A stretch of DNA of 64,000 nt, from contig OX597820.1 in NCBI GenBank assembly GCA_951406725.2, positions 5,456,001-5,520,000 of the forward strand, written 5' to 3'. Below, piece by piece: positions 1 to 15,092 of this stretch. This DNA comes from Octopus vulgaris. Its lineage: Eukaryota. Each line of letters opens with the position of its first letter. The first letter of the stretch is position 1. Below the pieces are notes generated by a model, which was not told where the DNA came from, did not search any database, and saw only the letters and a list, made by a program, of their open reading frames with translations. The position numbers and the translations under genes are program-made.

Positions 1-65
1 CGCGTGTATGTATGTTTGCGTGTGTGTGTGTATGACAAGTTATGATAAACAAGTTTATATCGTTT

Positions 66-163
66 TTCCCCCGATACCCTGCTCAGGATAAGCACCCTGT
101 TGCATTAGGAGCGTCCGATGCAGAGTTTGACAATAACCACATTGGTGAAACGTACGTAGGGAA
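66..163 (+). ncRNA. Degenerate type I hammerhead-like motif with long stem II
   Basis: TTCCC(66-70)-CCGATA...GAAA(147-150)-CGTACGTA-GGGAA(159-163). Stem I and the palindromic stem III match the 28.7 kb hammerheads, but the core lacks G8. Confidence 0.35.
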
Positions 164-610
164 CTGATAGTATAGACTTATAGTGTCTCTTGTATTTCCT
201 TTATATATTGTAACTAATAATGCTAAGAAGTACAGTTGTTACCACACCACTTCACTGGACGAACACCGGATGATGTTATTCTACGTGGAGCCCTATATTT
301 ACCAATAGCAGTCGTTCATCTAACTTTACACACAAGGTATATTACACGCACACATACGCATTCATACACACATACACAGATAAACAGACATGTATACTTA
401 TATATATACACACACACACGCACAAACACACACACATACAAACACTCATGCACACATCCTATGCACAAACATGCATACATCATAAAAATCGCTTTGACTA
501 GACACTTATGTTTCGCCTGACGGCTTCTTCAACCATACTGGTTAAATAAACAATAAGTATGTCTTATTCCCAAAATTGATTTAAAATAACATCAAATAGA
601 AACGCACATA

Positions 611-672
<62 letters not shown>

Positions 673-674
673 CA

Positions 675-2048
<1,374 letters not shown>

Positions 2049-2067
2049 TATATATATATATATATAT

Positions 2068-2378
<311 letters not shown>

Positions 2379-3916
2379 TATATATATATGTATGTATGTA
2401 CACATACGCAAGCACATATATGTCCATAAATATACGTATGTAACTGAATATATGTATCTTATCACCTGTTCTATGTCTAAATATGAGGCCAATTTGTAGT
2501 GGTTGTCTCCAGTATTTCGTGGTGTAAAATGTCAACAGATTTACGTCCAGATCCCGCCTGATGTTTTAGTAAATATTGTCTTAAGAAATGATACGCTCCT
2601 TCAACTCCCCTTTACCACGTAATTACCGCTTACATCCTTTAGTTAAGCATCCTTACCTCTCTCCCTCTCCCCCTCTCGCTCTGTGTGTGTGTGTGTGTGT
2701 GTCTGTGTGTGAATTCCCTTATCTATCCTGCCCCCTCCTTATTCTTGTACACGTTGAAGAATTTCTCTTGTCATTCTAATCATAAATTGTTCCCTTCTTT
2801 TTACTGTTACAATTCCTAATCTATTATACAACACTCCGTTCCAAACACCGTATTGTTTGTGCTTGTTTAGTCTAAACTCAGTTCTACTTCAGCAGTCTCT
2901 ATTCTCAAATACATCTCAGCCATGACCACCAATCAGGACTCGTGCGTTCTGATATTTTCCCTACAAGTGTTTAAGAAAACAGAAACCATATCATGTATCA
3001 GAGGTTTTACCAAGGCTCAGTTTTTCCATCTAGCCCCAAGTTTTCAAAACTGCAGTAATCTCTGTACAAGCCGTCACAAGCGGCTTTTAATGAAAGTTTT
3101 TGTATTGTACCGGGTCCAATATGGAGGTTCATATTCATCGTCTCTTCTCCGAAATGATGCATAATAGCATTAAAATCATCCGATTTATCCTCGTATATCC
3201 AAGGAGATTTCTTCCTAAAATGGAGAGACCCTCTGGCATTAATGATGAGCAGTAGGTCGCCCTGAGGGAAATAAATATATAGCTTGGAAAGTCAGAACAA
3301 TTTTAAGAGAGAAAAAACAAGATGGTTGAGAGAGAAGAAATATTTTCACAACACGAGTTTGAGCTAAAGAGAATCAATGATCTTAAAATTAGATTCTTGA
3401 GTAATGATCGATAAAATTTATGTCTGGTCTTTTAATGATTCGTAGTCTCAGAAGCAGCGAATAATCTGTAGAATATCACGTGATGATCGAGTTTCTTTTT
3501 GCAATTCAATTTCTTATTTGGACCACGTGATAATTGAAGCAGTTTTCAGTGGTCACTTCTTGAACTCTCCTCTCTTGCTCCCGTTCAATACATTTAAATA
3601 CATCCGTTGTTTTATGGTCGGTTATATTTCATCTTCCATCTCGGAGGAGAGTTACATAATCCAAGCCACAGGTTCGTAAGATCAGTCAGCATACACATCA
3701 TGGTATGAAGGTAATTTTATGATTATATGTGGTGTAAGTGATGTAGAAACTTAAATGGCAAGCAATCAACATCACAGGGGGTTCAATTCTAAACATTTGT
3801 TCTAAGACCTTGGCCAATCAGAGCATTTCAGCAGAAAAGGTTTTAATTTTAGAAGTATGTGCAATCTTTTAAAATATATATATAATTCAATGTGTGTGCG
3901 TGTGTATTTATATGCA

Positions 3917-4137
3917 TGTACATGCACACATACATACATACATAAATACATACATACATACATGCACACATACATACATACATACATACATACATACATA
4001 CATACATACATACATACATACATACATACATACATACATACATACATACATACATACATACATAAATACATACATACATACATGCACACATACATACATA
4101 CATACATAAATACATACATACATACATACATACATAC
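3917..4137. repeat. (TACA)n microsatellite with duplicated internal variant
   Basis: Direct reading; the variant catgcacaca...cataaataca recurs with 120-bp spacing. Confidence 0.95.
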
Positions 4138-4606
4138 ACGTATATATTACATAATATGTGTTATGACTATCATATAAGGCACAGCTTTATATATGGGTGA
4201 GTATAGGTGATTATATATTATTATTATTATTGTTATTATTGTTATTATTGTTATTATTATTATTGTTAGTATAGATGGGTGAGTATTGCCATATCTGTTA
4301 CTTTCTATCTTTTTATCTAACTATCTACCTGTACATAGACTACACACACATACACACATATGTATACATTTATAATATACATATATACACACATATATAC
4401 GCACGGACACACACACACACACACACACATACACGCATACATGTATATAGATGCATACATTTATGTATGCATGTATAAATTAATACACAGACAGCCAGGC
4501 GCAGACTTTCATAAGCGGTTCAGCACGTGTCTAATCGATTACATATCCTCGGATATATTATTATATTATTGAATAGACATGTGTTAGACAGTAACTATCA
4601 AGTAAT

Positions 4607-4664
<58 letters not shown>

Positions 4665-4672
4665 CTATATAC

Positions 4673-4768
<96 letters not shown>

Positions 4769-5358
4769 ATATATTTATGTATATATATATATATATGTAA
4801 ATATATATATGTATATACATATTTATATGCATACACAGATACATACATATGCGTGTATATATGCACATCCGTTGTGTGTGTGTGTGAATGCATACACATA
4901 TAAAATATAGATGTACGTAGACATAAATACATATACGCACACATGCATACCACCATAAATATGTAGGTACATATGTAAGAAAACAGGTCTACAGTAATAA
5001 TGGCTGTAATCTGCTCACAGTTTTCTATTTCTTGTTACCATATGGGCAGCTGGAATGTTCTGCATGAGATGATATCACTGTAATCAGTTAAAAGATCAAA
5101 AGATATTCAAAATATTTGCTTAAGGATTGCTACCCCGCCTCCTCACACTCAACGCTAATCATGGAGAGTGGTGCTGGCAAATGGCAGTCAGATATTAGAA
5201 AACTGGATTCTTCTCTATCTATCAATCTATCTATCTATCTATCTATCTATCTGCCTATCCCTCAGTGATATGTATCTATTTTCCCATCTATCCATCTGAC
5301 TATCCATGTGTCTATTTATATTATCTACCACTTTCTATATATTCCTCTCTCTCTCTCT

Positions 5359-5395
<37 letters not shown>

Positions 5396-5427
5396 AATCC
5401 CTCTATGTACCTATGTATCTCTATATG

Positions 5428-5476
<49 letters not shown>

Positions 5477-5508
5477 GTATGTATGTATATATTCTCTCAT
5501 TCTATTAC

Positions 5509-5764
5509 ATGTTTCAGTCAATTCACTGCGGCCATGCTGGGGCACCGCCTTAGGAGGTGTTAGTCGAAGAAATCGACCTCAGGACTTATTCTTTGTAAGC
5601 CTAATACTTATTCTGTCGGTCTCTTTTGCCCAACAACTATATTACAGAGACATAAACACATAACCATCGGTTATCAAGCGATGCCGGGGTGAGGTGGGGG
5701 CAAACACACACATACACAAATACATACATACATACATACATATATACATACCCCACCCCATATA

Positions 5765-5795
<31 letters not shown>

Positions 5796-6027
5796 TTCGT
5801 TTTGGGATTTGGTTTGCAAGATTCTTTATGTGAGTTCGTGTGTTGAAGCATATTCTATTGTGCCTGGGGAGAGTCATTTTCTTTTTGTGCCTTATAATGT
5901 AACACACTCACCGATAAATTTCCACTTTTCTATTTTTATTGGCCTAAAATTTTCGTTGCGAAATTTTACCGGTCAGTGTGTTACATAAAAAGGCACAAAA
6001 AGAAAATGACTCTCCCCAGACACAACA

Positions 6028-6107
<80 letters not shown>

Positions 6108-6484
6108 CTTTACTTAAATATATTCAATAAGAATATTATATGCTGAATTTATACTGAGAGCTCTATTGTATCAAAGTATTAATACTATTAACGCATTTAT
6201 GTATTTAATATGAGCGATTATATACATTTTATAATATATTATTATTATTATCATCAGGAAATCAATATTAGAATATTATTCAGAAAGATATATACATGTG
6301 TAAAATAAATGTTGTATTAAAAATATAAATAGGTATAAAAATATATGTAAATATGTATAAGTATAAATATATTATAATAAATGTGACAGTTTAAAAGTTT
6401 CGAATTCGGTTTTTAAAGCATGTCATATTTATTATATATTTATATTTTTAATACAACAATTATTTTACTCATGCATGTATATAT

Positions 6485-6528
<44 letters not shown>

Positions 6529-6696
6529 GACGCGCTTCCTCCAGTCTCTGTCTACCAAATCCACTCACAAGGCTTTGGTCGGTCCGACGCTATAGTAGAA
6601 GACACTTGCTCAAGGTGCCACATGGTTCCTGATAGACTGAACCAGGGACCATGTGGTGGGGAAGCAAGCTTCTTCCCACACACCCACACCTGCGCC
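5509..6696 (-). mobile_element. SINE family A copy split by insertions into its internal microsatellite
   Basis: Tail half at 5509-5700 (gtttcagtca..ctgcggccatgctggggcaccgcc) and tRNA-like head half at 6525-6696 are in the same orientation and separated by ~800 bp of inserted repeats. Confidence 0.65.
5856..6028. repeat. Inverted repeat, ~65-bp arms
   Basis: tgtgcctggggagagtcattttctttttgtgcctt..atgtaacacact.accg is mirrored by accggtcagtgtgttacat..aaggcacaaaaagaaaatgactctccccagacaca. Confidence 0.9.
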
Positions 6697-6884
6697 TATA
6701 TAAGTATATATATATATATATATATATATACACGCACACACACACACACACACATATATATATACGCAAGTACATACATATGCACCCCCCCACACACACA
6801 CATATATATATATGTATGTATAAAACTTAGATGTGTTTCGACAAAAGATTGGTCCATACATGTGTATGTATTTATGTTATGTCA

Positions 6885-6962
6885 GGTCACTTTCGAGTGC
6901 TACTGGTAACGTGTAACCCAGTACAACCTGTTGCATGGTCGGGTCGTCGGCGACTAAACTGG
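6885..6962 (+). ncRNA. HDV-like self-cleaving ribozyme (slightly decayed)
   Basis: P1 GGTCAC/ATGGTC, P2 CCAGT/ACTGG, P3 ACA/TGC, L3 ACCTGT, GGG junction, P4 TCG-TCGG-CGA, J4/2 C-T-A-A, all in the correct nested double-pseudoknot order. Confidence 0.6.
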
Positions 6963-7217
6963 CAACCCCACCAAGCTTGCTTGATGAAAAACAAAACCCG
7001 TCAAAGGGCGGAGGTACTCTCGAGAGTCAACGGCCATCCAATAAATGTCTTAAAGCTGTCTCATGCGCGGGGACATAGAAATAATCGGACTGAATACCCG
7101 ATCGCGCGATCCTTCTAGGAGAAGGTAACTCAGGTAACTGGAATAACTCCGACATAAAACCTGCGGCTCAATGGTTACCGATGATGTTGACTTGTTCTTC
7201 TTTTCGGATTATGGCTA
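6885..7217 (+). mobile_element. Short non-coding retroelement-like sequence (RTE 5'UTR-like) beginning with an HDV-like ribozyme
   Basis: GC-richer ~330-bp island in AT-rich context that starts exactly at the predicted P1 helix; no ORF. The RTE affinity is inferred. Confidence 0.5.
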
Positions 7218-7920
7218 CTGTTGCTTAGTGAGTGAGATTGACTCAGTGCACAGCTTTTCCTCACTTCTTGCACATGCATTGCACGATAACAACATTGAGT
7301 AAGCTTCGTGCAATGGACATACTCGATAACGAGGGGGCAGCCACCATGTATGTATGTACATATGTATGTATGTATGTATATTTGAGTTTACAAACTCAAG
7401 CATCCTTATATACATATAAGAAATGGTCTCTACGTTTATTTTAACCTCTTACATTAGTAGGTTTATAAGTATCGTGTTCGTGAATACGTTAGGACTTTTC
7501 CCGGTATCTGATGATTCTCACAAAAACTGAAAAGCGAAAAAAAAGCAAGTGGTCATATGAGTTTCACGCCTAAAGATCGCCGTAGCGTGAAACTCGAATC
7601 GCGAAATCTATTCGACGTTTCAGATTTAATTACAAAACACTTATTCTCTACATGCATTGAACGATCCTTCTCATTTGTCCGTCATAGTTCAACGTACTGA
7701 TGTGTGTGTGTGTGTGTGTGCATGACACATCACTTTGGGTAAGCATTCTCCCCTTGACAGTAGGATCTAACGAAGGACTTATTCAAACCATCATCTGAGG
7801 AGGCAAATTTCACCAATGTACTGCAATTGTAAAACGGCACCGAAGCAACTGTGCATTCCATTTTCTTTCTATAATATATGTGTGTGTGTGTATGTGTGTG
7901 CATATACTCTCTTTTCTTTT

Positions 7921-8330
7921 ACTCTTTTACTCTTTTACTTGTTTCAGTCATTTGACTGCGGCCATGCTGGAGCACCGCCTTTAGTCGAGCAAATTGACCC
8001 CGGGACTTATTCATTGTAAGCCCAGTACTTATTTTATCGGTCTCTTTTGCCGAACCGCTGAGTGATGGGGACGTAAACACACCAGCATCGGTTGTCAAGC
8101 AATGCTAGGGGGACAAACACAGACACACAAACACACACACACATACATATATATATATACATATATACGACAGGCTTCTTTCAGTTTCCGTCTACCAAAT
8201 CCACTCACAAGGCATTGGTCGGCCCAGGGCTATAGCAGAAGACACTTGCCCAAGATGCCACGCAATGGGACTGAACCCGGAACCATGTGGTTGTTTAGCA
8301 AGCTACTTACCACATAGCCACTCCTGCGCC
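7921..8330 (-). mobile_element. SINE family A, full length (tRNA-derived head, internal microsatellite, CR1-type tail, (GTAAAAGA)n end)
   Basis: Head ggcgcaggagtggct.tgtggtaag...ggttcagtccc (A/B-box-like); near identical to copies at 13746-14164 and 23052-23478. Confidence 0.9.
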
Positions 8331-8412
8331 TGTGTGTGTGTGTTTGAGTATATGTGCAAAATAAACATATGCGTAACACTTATTTATAGTTTCATGGGTG
8401 TGTGTATGTGTG

Positions 8413-8900
8413 TACTGGGCGTTCAGGTTAAGTTTGAGCTTGCATAAAAAGAAAATACATCTCATCCCCAAATATAATTTTAAAAAATCAAAATGACCAA
8501 AAGTAGATTATGGCTAGGAGATAACAGTTTACTCCAAGAAAAATGTTATCCTATGCTTCCATTACTGCCCGAGGACGGCTCCAGAACCTGGCGCATGTGT
8601 TCCTCGCTGTGTCTCTGTGAATATATTCGATAACTTTTGTGAATTTGGTCTTGGAGTTGCAGGTAGAGCGGTTGGCTTGATTGTCCCAGACATAGTAATC
8701 CAAGGGATCACAGTCAGAAAAAATTAAGGGGTCAGAAATCTGGGCTGGTGAAATTGTAGAAATTCTCCGACATCCACTCCTGACTCCTCCCGGAAGTGTG
8801 GCAAGGAGCCGAATCCAGACATTACATATCTAGCCTTCATGCAGTAAATCTGTCCAGCAATGATTTGACCACTGTTGCTTCACATAGCCATCTGAACTGA
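8413..8900 (-). mobile_element. maT/DD37D-like (Tc1/mariner superfamily) transposon relic, 3' part
   Basis: Minus-strand 8815-8685 reads DSAPCHTSGRSQEWMSENFYNFTSPDF*P...DCDPL.DYYVW, matching the WPPNSPDxNPLDYxVW catalytic region. Confidence 0.6.
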
Positions 8901-9052
8901 GTCTCAAGCCCTTATCAGGCGTGCGAGCGCAGTTAGGACGCCTAATGTGTCCCTTCCTTTTGGCCACGTATACGTAATTTCTGTTGCTGTTGTCCACGTC
9001 GCATCTCACAGCCTTTACATTATTCACAAAGCATTGAGCAGCAGTCACGAGT

Positions 9053-9398
9053 GGAGGCGTAATGGCCCAGTGGTTAGGGCAGCGAACTCGCGGTTTCGAT
9101 TCCCAGACCGGGCGTTGTGTGTGTTTATTGAGCGAAAACACCAAAAGCTCCACGATTCTCCGGCAGGGGGTGGGGAGTGCCGATCCCTGTTGTACTCTTT
9201 CGCTCCAACTTTCTCTCACTCTTTCTTCCTGTTTCTTGTCCCTGACTTCCTACGCAACCTCTGAGCCTGGATGCACACTCATCCATCCGTCGATGCTTTC
9301 GGTGTCGGGGGTTGACCTGCTTTCTCTTCTGCGGGTCATACGAATAGCAAAGGACTTGCGAGCTCTGGGACGAAGACCGCTTCGCTCAACAGCAACAG
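9053..9398 (+). mobile_element. SINE family C (tRNA-derived head, (CAA/CAG)n tail)
   Basis: ggaggcgtaatggcccagtggttagggc...gtttcgattccc (A and B boxes); near-identical inverted copy at 13250-13628. Confidence 0.85.
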
Positions 9399-9477
9399 TC
9401 ACGATGTTGATATTTTCATACCTGGCGCTAATCATCCTGATACAGGTAACTCTTTTTCAATATTCAAATGGTCTTTG

Positions 9478-9680
9478 GCAGCGAGCTGGCCGCATCGGTA
9501 GCTCGCCGGGAATAATGTTTAGCGGCGTATAGTAGGACTTTATTTTGTGAGTTCAAATGTCACCCAGTTCCTCTTTGCTTTTCAAACTTTCGGGGTCGAT
9601 AAAATAAGTACCTGTTGAGGTGTGGGATCGATGTAGTTCCCTCCCTTCGACATTACTGACCTTGTTTCAAAATATGAAAC
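9478..9680 (+). mobile_element. SINE family B, old diverged copy
   Basis: gcgagctggc...gagttcaaat...tttcggggtcgataaaataagtacc central domain. Confidence 0.6.
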
Positions 9681-9934
9681 CAATACTCAGATGGCTTCCA
9701 GGCTTCCATGTCAGCGGACTTTCTCTCAACTTTAATCGTTAATCTTTATGCTCTTCAACGCCGCTGATTGTTCACCCAATACACCAAATTTACCATCAAT
9801 TTTACCATCAATTTTAACAAGAACATCCCCCCCACACACACACATCTATCTATCTATATATATACATGTATATATATGTATATATATACATATATATACA
9901 TATATATACATATATATTGTGTGTGTATGTGTGT

Positions 9935-9972
<38 letters not shown>

Positions 9973-10088
9973 GCATACATATATATACATATATGTGTGT
10001 GTATGTGTGTACATGCATATGTACATATATACATAAATATATGAATATACATGTGTATATATATATACATATATATATGTATATATAT

Positions 10089-10120
<32 letters not shown>

Positions 10121-10411
10121 CACTATATATATATACATATATACATAAATATATGTGTATATGCATGTATGTATGTATGTATGTATGTATGTGTGTATAC
10201 GTATATACGTATACACACACACACGCACACACACACGCAGGAACACACACACACACACACAGCATCTCATTTACGCTATCCCATCCCGTGGGAAAGTCGG
10301 GGTGCAGTGCTTGCTATTTGCATCATGATACGGATAGTTTACATGTGTGCATATGCATCATTCATGCACATATGCACATACACCCGTACTGGCTTACGCA
10401 TACACGTTCAA

Positions 10412-10479
<68 letters not shown>

Positions 10480-10663
10480 ATGTGTGTGTGTGTGTGTTTA
10501 AGCATGCATGTATGTGTAAGTAGATGCCAGTTGATGAAAATACCCCAAATAATTTATATACAGATTTTACATTTGCTATTCATAGCAAAGATACCTGCTT
10601 GCGCTCGCGCGCGTTTGCATGTGTATAATATATATATATATATAAATATATGCTATGAATAGC

Positions 10664-10751
<88 letters not shown>

Positions 10752-10810
10752 TAGTGTATATATATATATTTATATGTATACATACATATATGTGTCTGTA
10801 TACATATACA

Positions 10811-10852
<42 letters not shown>

Positions 10853-11212
10853 TGTGTCTATATATATGTACATATATATACATATATGTATACTTATATA
10901 TATTTACATATATATATATGTATATATATATAGTTGTATAGATAGATAGATATATACACACATATATGATACATTTATATAAACAGACCTACGTGTACGA
11001 AACTAGTATTGCACCTCTGCACACACACACACACACACACACACATCCTGTTATGATTCCCTCCTCCCACCCTGTGCATCTCTGCATTCATTCCTACACA
11101 GAACAGCACGAACGCCTCTACGTTTCTCCCTTCGCACAAATACATACCTGTATAAACACAACCGCTTCTCTTCCCCTTTGATGTTCTAATTAGCTCCATT
11201 TACCTACCTTGA

Positions 11213-11566
11213 TATTTTTCCTCCTGCTCCTCCCCTTCCTCCTCCTTCTCCTCCTCCTCCTCCTCCATCTTCTTTCCCTTCTTCTTCTTCTTTTTTCTTG
11301 TCCACTTCCTCGTCCACCACCACCTAACCCTAACCCTCGTCCACCTTGTTCCCTTCTCTTCCTCCCTCTCCTCCTCCCCTCCACCACCTCCTTTTTCTTC
11401 TTCTTTTTCTTCTTTTTTCTCCTTCTTCTTCTTCTTCTTCCTCGTCCACCACCACCACCACCACCACCTCCTCCTCGTCCACCTTGTTCCCTTCTCTTCC
11501 TCCCTCTCCTCCTCCTCCTCCGCTGCCTCTTCCTCGTTCCGTTCCCCGCCTCCTCGTCCACCTCTC
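11213..11566. repeat. Polypyrimidine (CCT/CTT/CCA)n tract with internal ~45-bp duplication
   Basis: cctcgtccaccttgttcccttctcttcctccctctcctcctc occurs at ~11335 and ~11473. Confidence 0.9.
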
Positions 11567-11845
11567 CCAGTCATTACGTTGTTTCTGTTCCACTTCAAAT
11601 GTTCCTAGTATACTCCTCACGTGACCAACCAAATAGGTGAGCCAGTTATGTGTGTTCAGACACATACTCTCTCTCTCTGCGGAATACTCCGCCATGCTCA
11701 CACATTGTCATAGTTTTCTCCTCATTAGGACATTCTATGTACAAAACACAAACAGAATCCGTATCATTCCTGGCATTGGTCGGTCACTCTTTCATCTTTC
11801 TGAAAGAAATACCTTCCTTCCTTTAGTATTTTCATAGATCACAAT

Positions 11846-11861
11846 AACCACCACCACCACC

Positions 11862-11897
<36 letters not shown>

Positions 11898-12338
11898 GCT
11901 ACCACCACCACCACTACTACTACTACTACTACTGCTACCACCACCACCACCACCACCACCACCACCACCACCACCACCACCACTACTACTACTACCACCA
12001 CCGCCACTACCACCACCGCCACCACCACCACCACCACCACCACCACCACCACCACCACCACCACCACCACCACCACCACCACCACCACCACCACCACCAC
12101 CACCACCACCACCACCACCACCACCACCACCACCACAACCACCACCACCACCACCACCACCACCACCACCACCACCACCAACACCACCACCACCACCACC
12201 ACCACCACCACCACCACCACCACCACCACCACCACCACCACCACCACCACCAACACCACCAACACCACCACCAGCACCAGCACCACCAGCACCAGCACCA
12301 CCAGCACCAGCACCACCAGCACCAGCACCACCAGCACC

Positions 12339-12369
<31 letters not shown>

Positions 12370-12380
12370 CCACCACCACC

Positions 12381-12454
<74 letters not shown>
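11846..12454. repeat. Compound trinucleotide array (ACC)n/(ACT)n/(AGC)n/(GCT)n, ~600 bp
   Basis: Direct reading; accounts for the poly-Val ORF. Confidence 0.97.
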
Positions 12455-12830
12455 CAGTCCAGTAATGACCTACTTATCGAACAGTAGTATGCTATTATGC
12501 TGACGTTTCTGGATGGCTCGACAAAACAAAAAAAAATTGCTATTTCATCGTGCTTTGTGTGTGTTTTTTTTTTCTTTTGGCTTATGTAATTGTAGCTCTT
12601 GTCATTGTAGTCTTTTTTTTGTTAGTATTTAACCCTTGGTTGACTCTGCGCAGGTGACCTACAATCAAAGAGCCTTCCACCAATGACTGCCTCATCAGAC
12701 ATCAGTCTAATACCGCGTTCTCGAATGTAGTTTTACTGATCATCACTTTCAAGGCGGTAGGCCTGCATGTAAGCGATATTTGGCTGCTATTTTCAGCAGT
12801 ACAAAAGACAACGTAGAGACACTTTTGTGT

Positions 12831-13148
12831 GAAGGCGTCTGGCTTAGTAGTTTGCGTGTTTGGCTCACAGGCGTAAGATTGTGAGTTCGATTCGTGGCAG
12901 TGCATTGTTTCCTTGGGCAAGATAATATATTTTCCCCTTGCTCCAGTCCACTCACCTGGCAAGAATTAGTAGTACCTGTATATCAAAGGATCAGCCTCGT
13001 CACATTCGGTGGTCAAGCAAAATTTCCCTGAGATGAACGTTTAGGGTGCGTGTGTCTGGGGAGTACTCAGCCACTTGCACGTTAATTTTACGAGCAGGCT
13101 GTTCCGTTCATCGACTGAAACCTTCGTCGACGTAACCGACGGAGTGCC
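12831..13148 (+). mobile_element. Old tRNA-derived SINE related to the family D head
   Basis: tggcttagtagtt...gagttcgattc...ttgtttccttgggcaag...ttgctccagtccactca matches the head and central region of 30632-30968. Confidence 0.6.
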
Positions 13149-13249
13149 GCCTATGAGCAGAAATCATTATTGTTGGTTGCTGTTATTGTTGTTTCGGTCG
13201 CTGCTGCTGCTGCTGCTGTTGTTGTTGTTGTTGTTGTTGCTGTTGCTGT

Positions 13250-13628
13250 TGAGCGAACGGTCTTCGTCCCTGAGTTCGCAAGATGGGAGAAGTCCGAAAC
13301 GTGATCCTTTTGCTATTCGTAAGACCCGCAGAAGAGAAAGCAGGTCAACCCCCGACACCGAGAGCATCGACGGATGGATGAATGCGCATCCAGGCTCAGC
13401 GGTTGCGTAGGAAGTCGGGGACAAGAAACAGGAAGAAAGAGTGAGAGAAAGTTGGGGCGAAAGAGTACAACAGAGGTCGCCACCACCCCCTGCCGGAGCA
13501 TCGTGGAGCATCGTGGAGCTTTAGGTGTTTTCGCTCAATAAACACACACAACGCCCGGTCCGGGAATCGAAACCGCGATCCTCCGACCGCGAGTCCGCTG
13601 CCCTAACCATTGGGCCATTGCGCCTCCT
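13250..13628 (-). mobile_element. SINE family C
   Basis: Reverse complement of 9053-9398, with a (CAA/CAG)n tail at 13170-13250. Confidence 0.85.
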
Positions 13629-13745
13629 CCGGTTGCTGTTGTTGTCACCTTTCAACCTAATTAATTTTGGTTCAATCCCAAGCGTCTCAGACGATATCAT
13701 CGACCGCAGTACTTGACTGGTATTTTATTTTATCGATCTCTGGAT

Positions 13746-14164
13746 CTCTCTTTTACTCTTTTACTCTTTTACTTGTTTCAGTCATTTGACTGCGGCCATG
13801 CTGGAGCACCGCCTTTAGTCGAGCAAATCGACCCCGGGACTTATTCTTTGTAAACCCAGTACTTATTCTATCGGTCTCTTTTGCCGAACCGCTAAGTGAC
13901 AGGGACGTAAACACACCAGCATCGGCTGTCAAGCAATGCTAGGGGGACAAACACAGATACACAAACACACACACGCATACATATATATATATACATATAT
14001 ACGACAGGCTTCTTTCAGTTTCCGTCTACCAAATCCACTCACAAGGCATTGGTCGGCCCGGGGCTATAGCAGAAGACACTTGCCCAAGATGCCACGCAGT
14101 GGGACTGAACCCGGAACCATGTGGTTGGTTAGCAAGCTACTTACCACACAGCCACTCCTGCGCC
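13746..14164 (-). mobile_element. SINE family A, full length
   Basis: Near identical to 7921-8330. Confidence 0.9.
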
Positions 14165-15021
14165 TCTTTGTTTTTGCTTTTGCTTTTGTTGTTGTTGTTT
14201 AGTTGCAGCTAAGGCTTAAACGGGTTGGCGTTCCAGACCTGATTTTCTGACTAGAAATTTCATACATAATGTATCTAAGAATACACGATCAAATGTGCAT
14301 TTCCTTTTCTAAGACAATGGGACATGAACTGAATGAGATTTCATTGCCACGTTTAGGAGGTCAAGCAATCATGGAGAAGGCAACTCGATGGATTGTACAC
14401 CAAGTATATAAAACAATAAGGCCCGAACTGAGGACGATATGACTGTTATGCTTTGGGGGCCTAGCAAACGCGTTGAGGGCCCCTCGATAATTTATGTATA
14501 ATGCCTGAATAGAGGAGTAATTGGCTATTATATTTTGGACGAAAGCATCACATAGGGAGCCCATCGATTATATGAAACAAAAAGGTGTGAATTGCGGCTA
14601 ATTTGACTGCTACATTTAGCAGATCGAGTGACGACAAAGCTTTTCCATCGATGGCTTGTGCATCTAATATTTCAGACATTAAAAAATAACTAAGGATATA
14701 TTTGACTGTTATTTATAGCTAATCGAGCGGCCACATGTAGCCCCCTTCCTCCCGTCTCACCACAGTCAATCAAGTAAGTTTAGATGTCTGCATGACGACT
14801 TAACAGACATTTAGTCTGCGGTGCAGTTAATTCTTCATTTGCTGCAATACAACTAGTAATCCAAGCATCTACCCGTATATACACCCGGCAGGCATTGCTA
14901 TATACTGTAGAACGTGTGAGGTTATTTTTATTGCACACATCAATAACATTGCATCAACAGTATCCTGGAGGTTCGGCTTTTTTCAGTCGAGGTTACAATA
15001 GACTCCACTCTATTTGCTCAC

Positions 15022-15092
<71 letters not shown>

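Noticed and set aside
2840-3800. Possible DNA-transposon remnants
   Set aside because: No identifiable TIR pair or catalytic motif.
7508-7545. CTGATGA followed by GAAA
   Set aside because: No stems I-III.
9053-9112. tRNA-like sequences at SINE heads (also 30632, 23052, 40734)
   Set aside because: They have A/B boxes but no complete cloverleaf and continue into SINE bodies; not tRNA genes.
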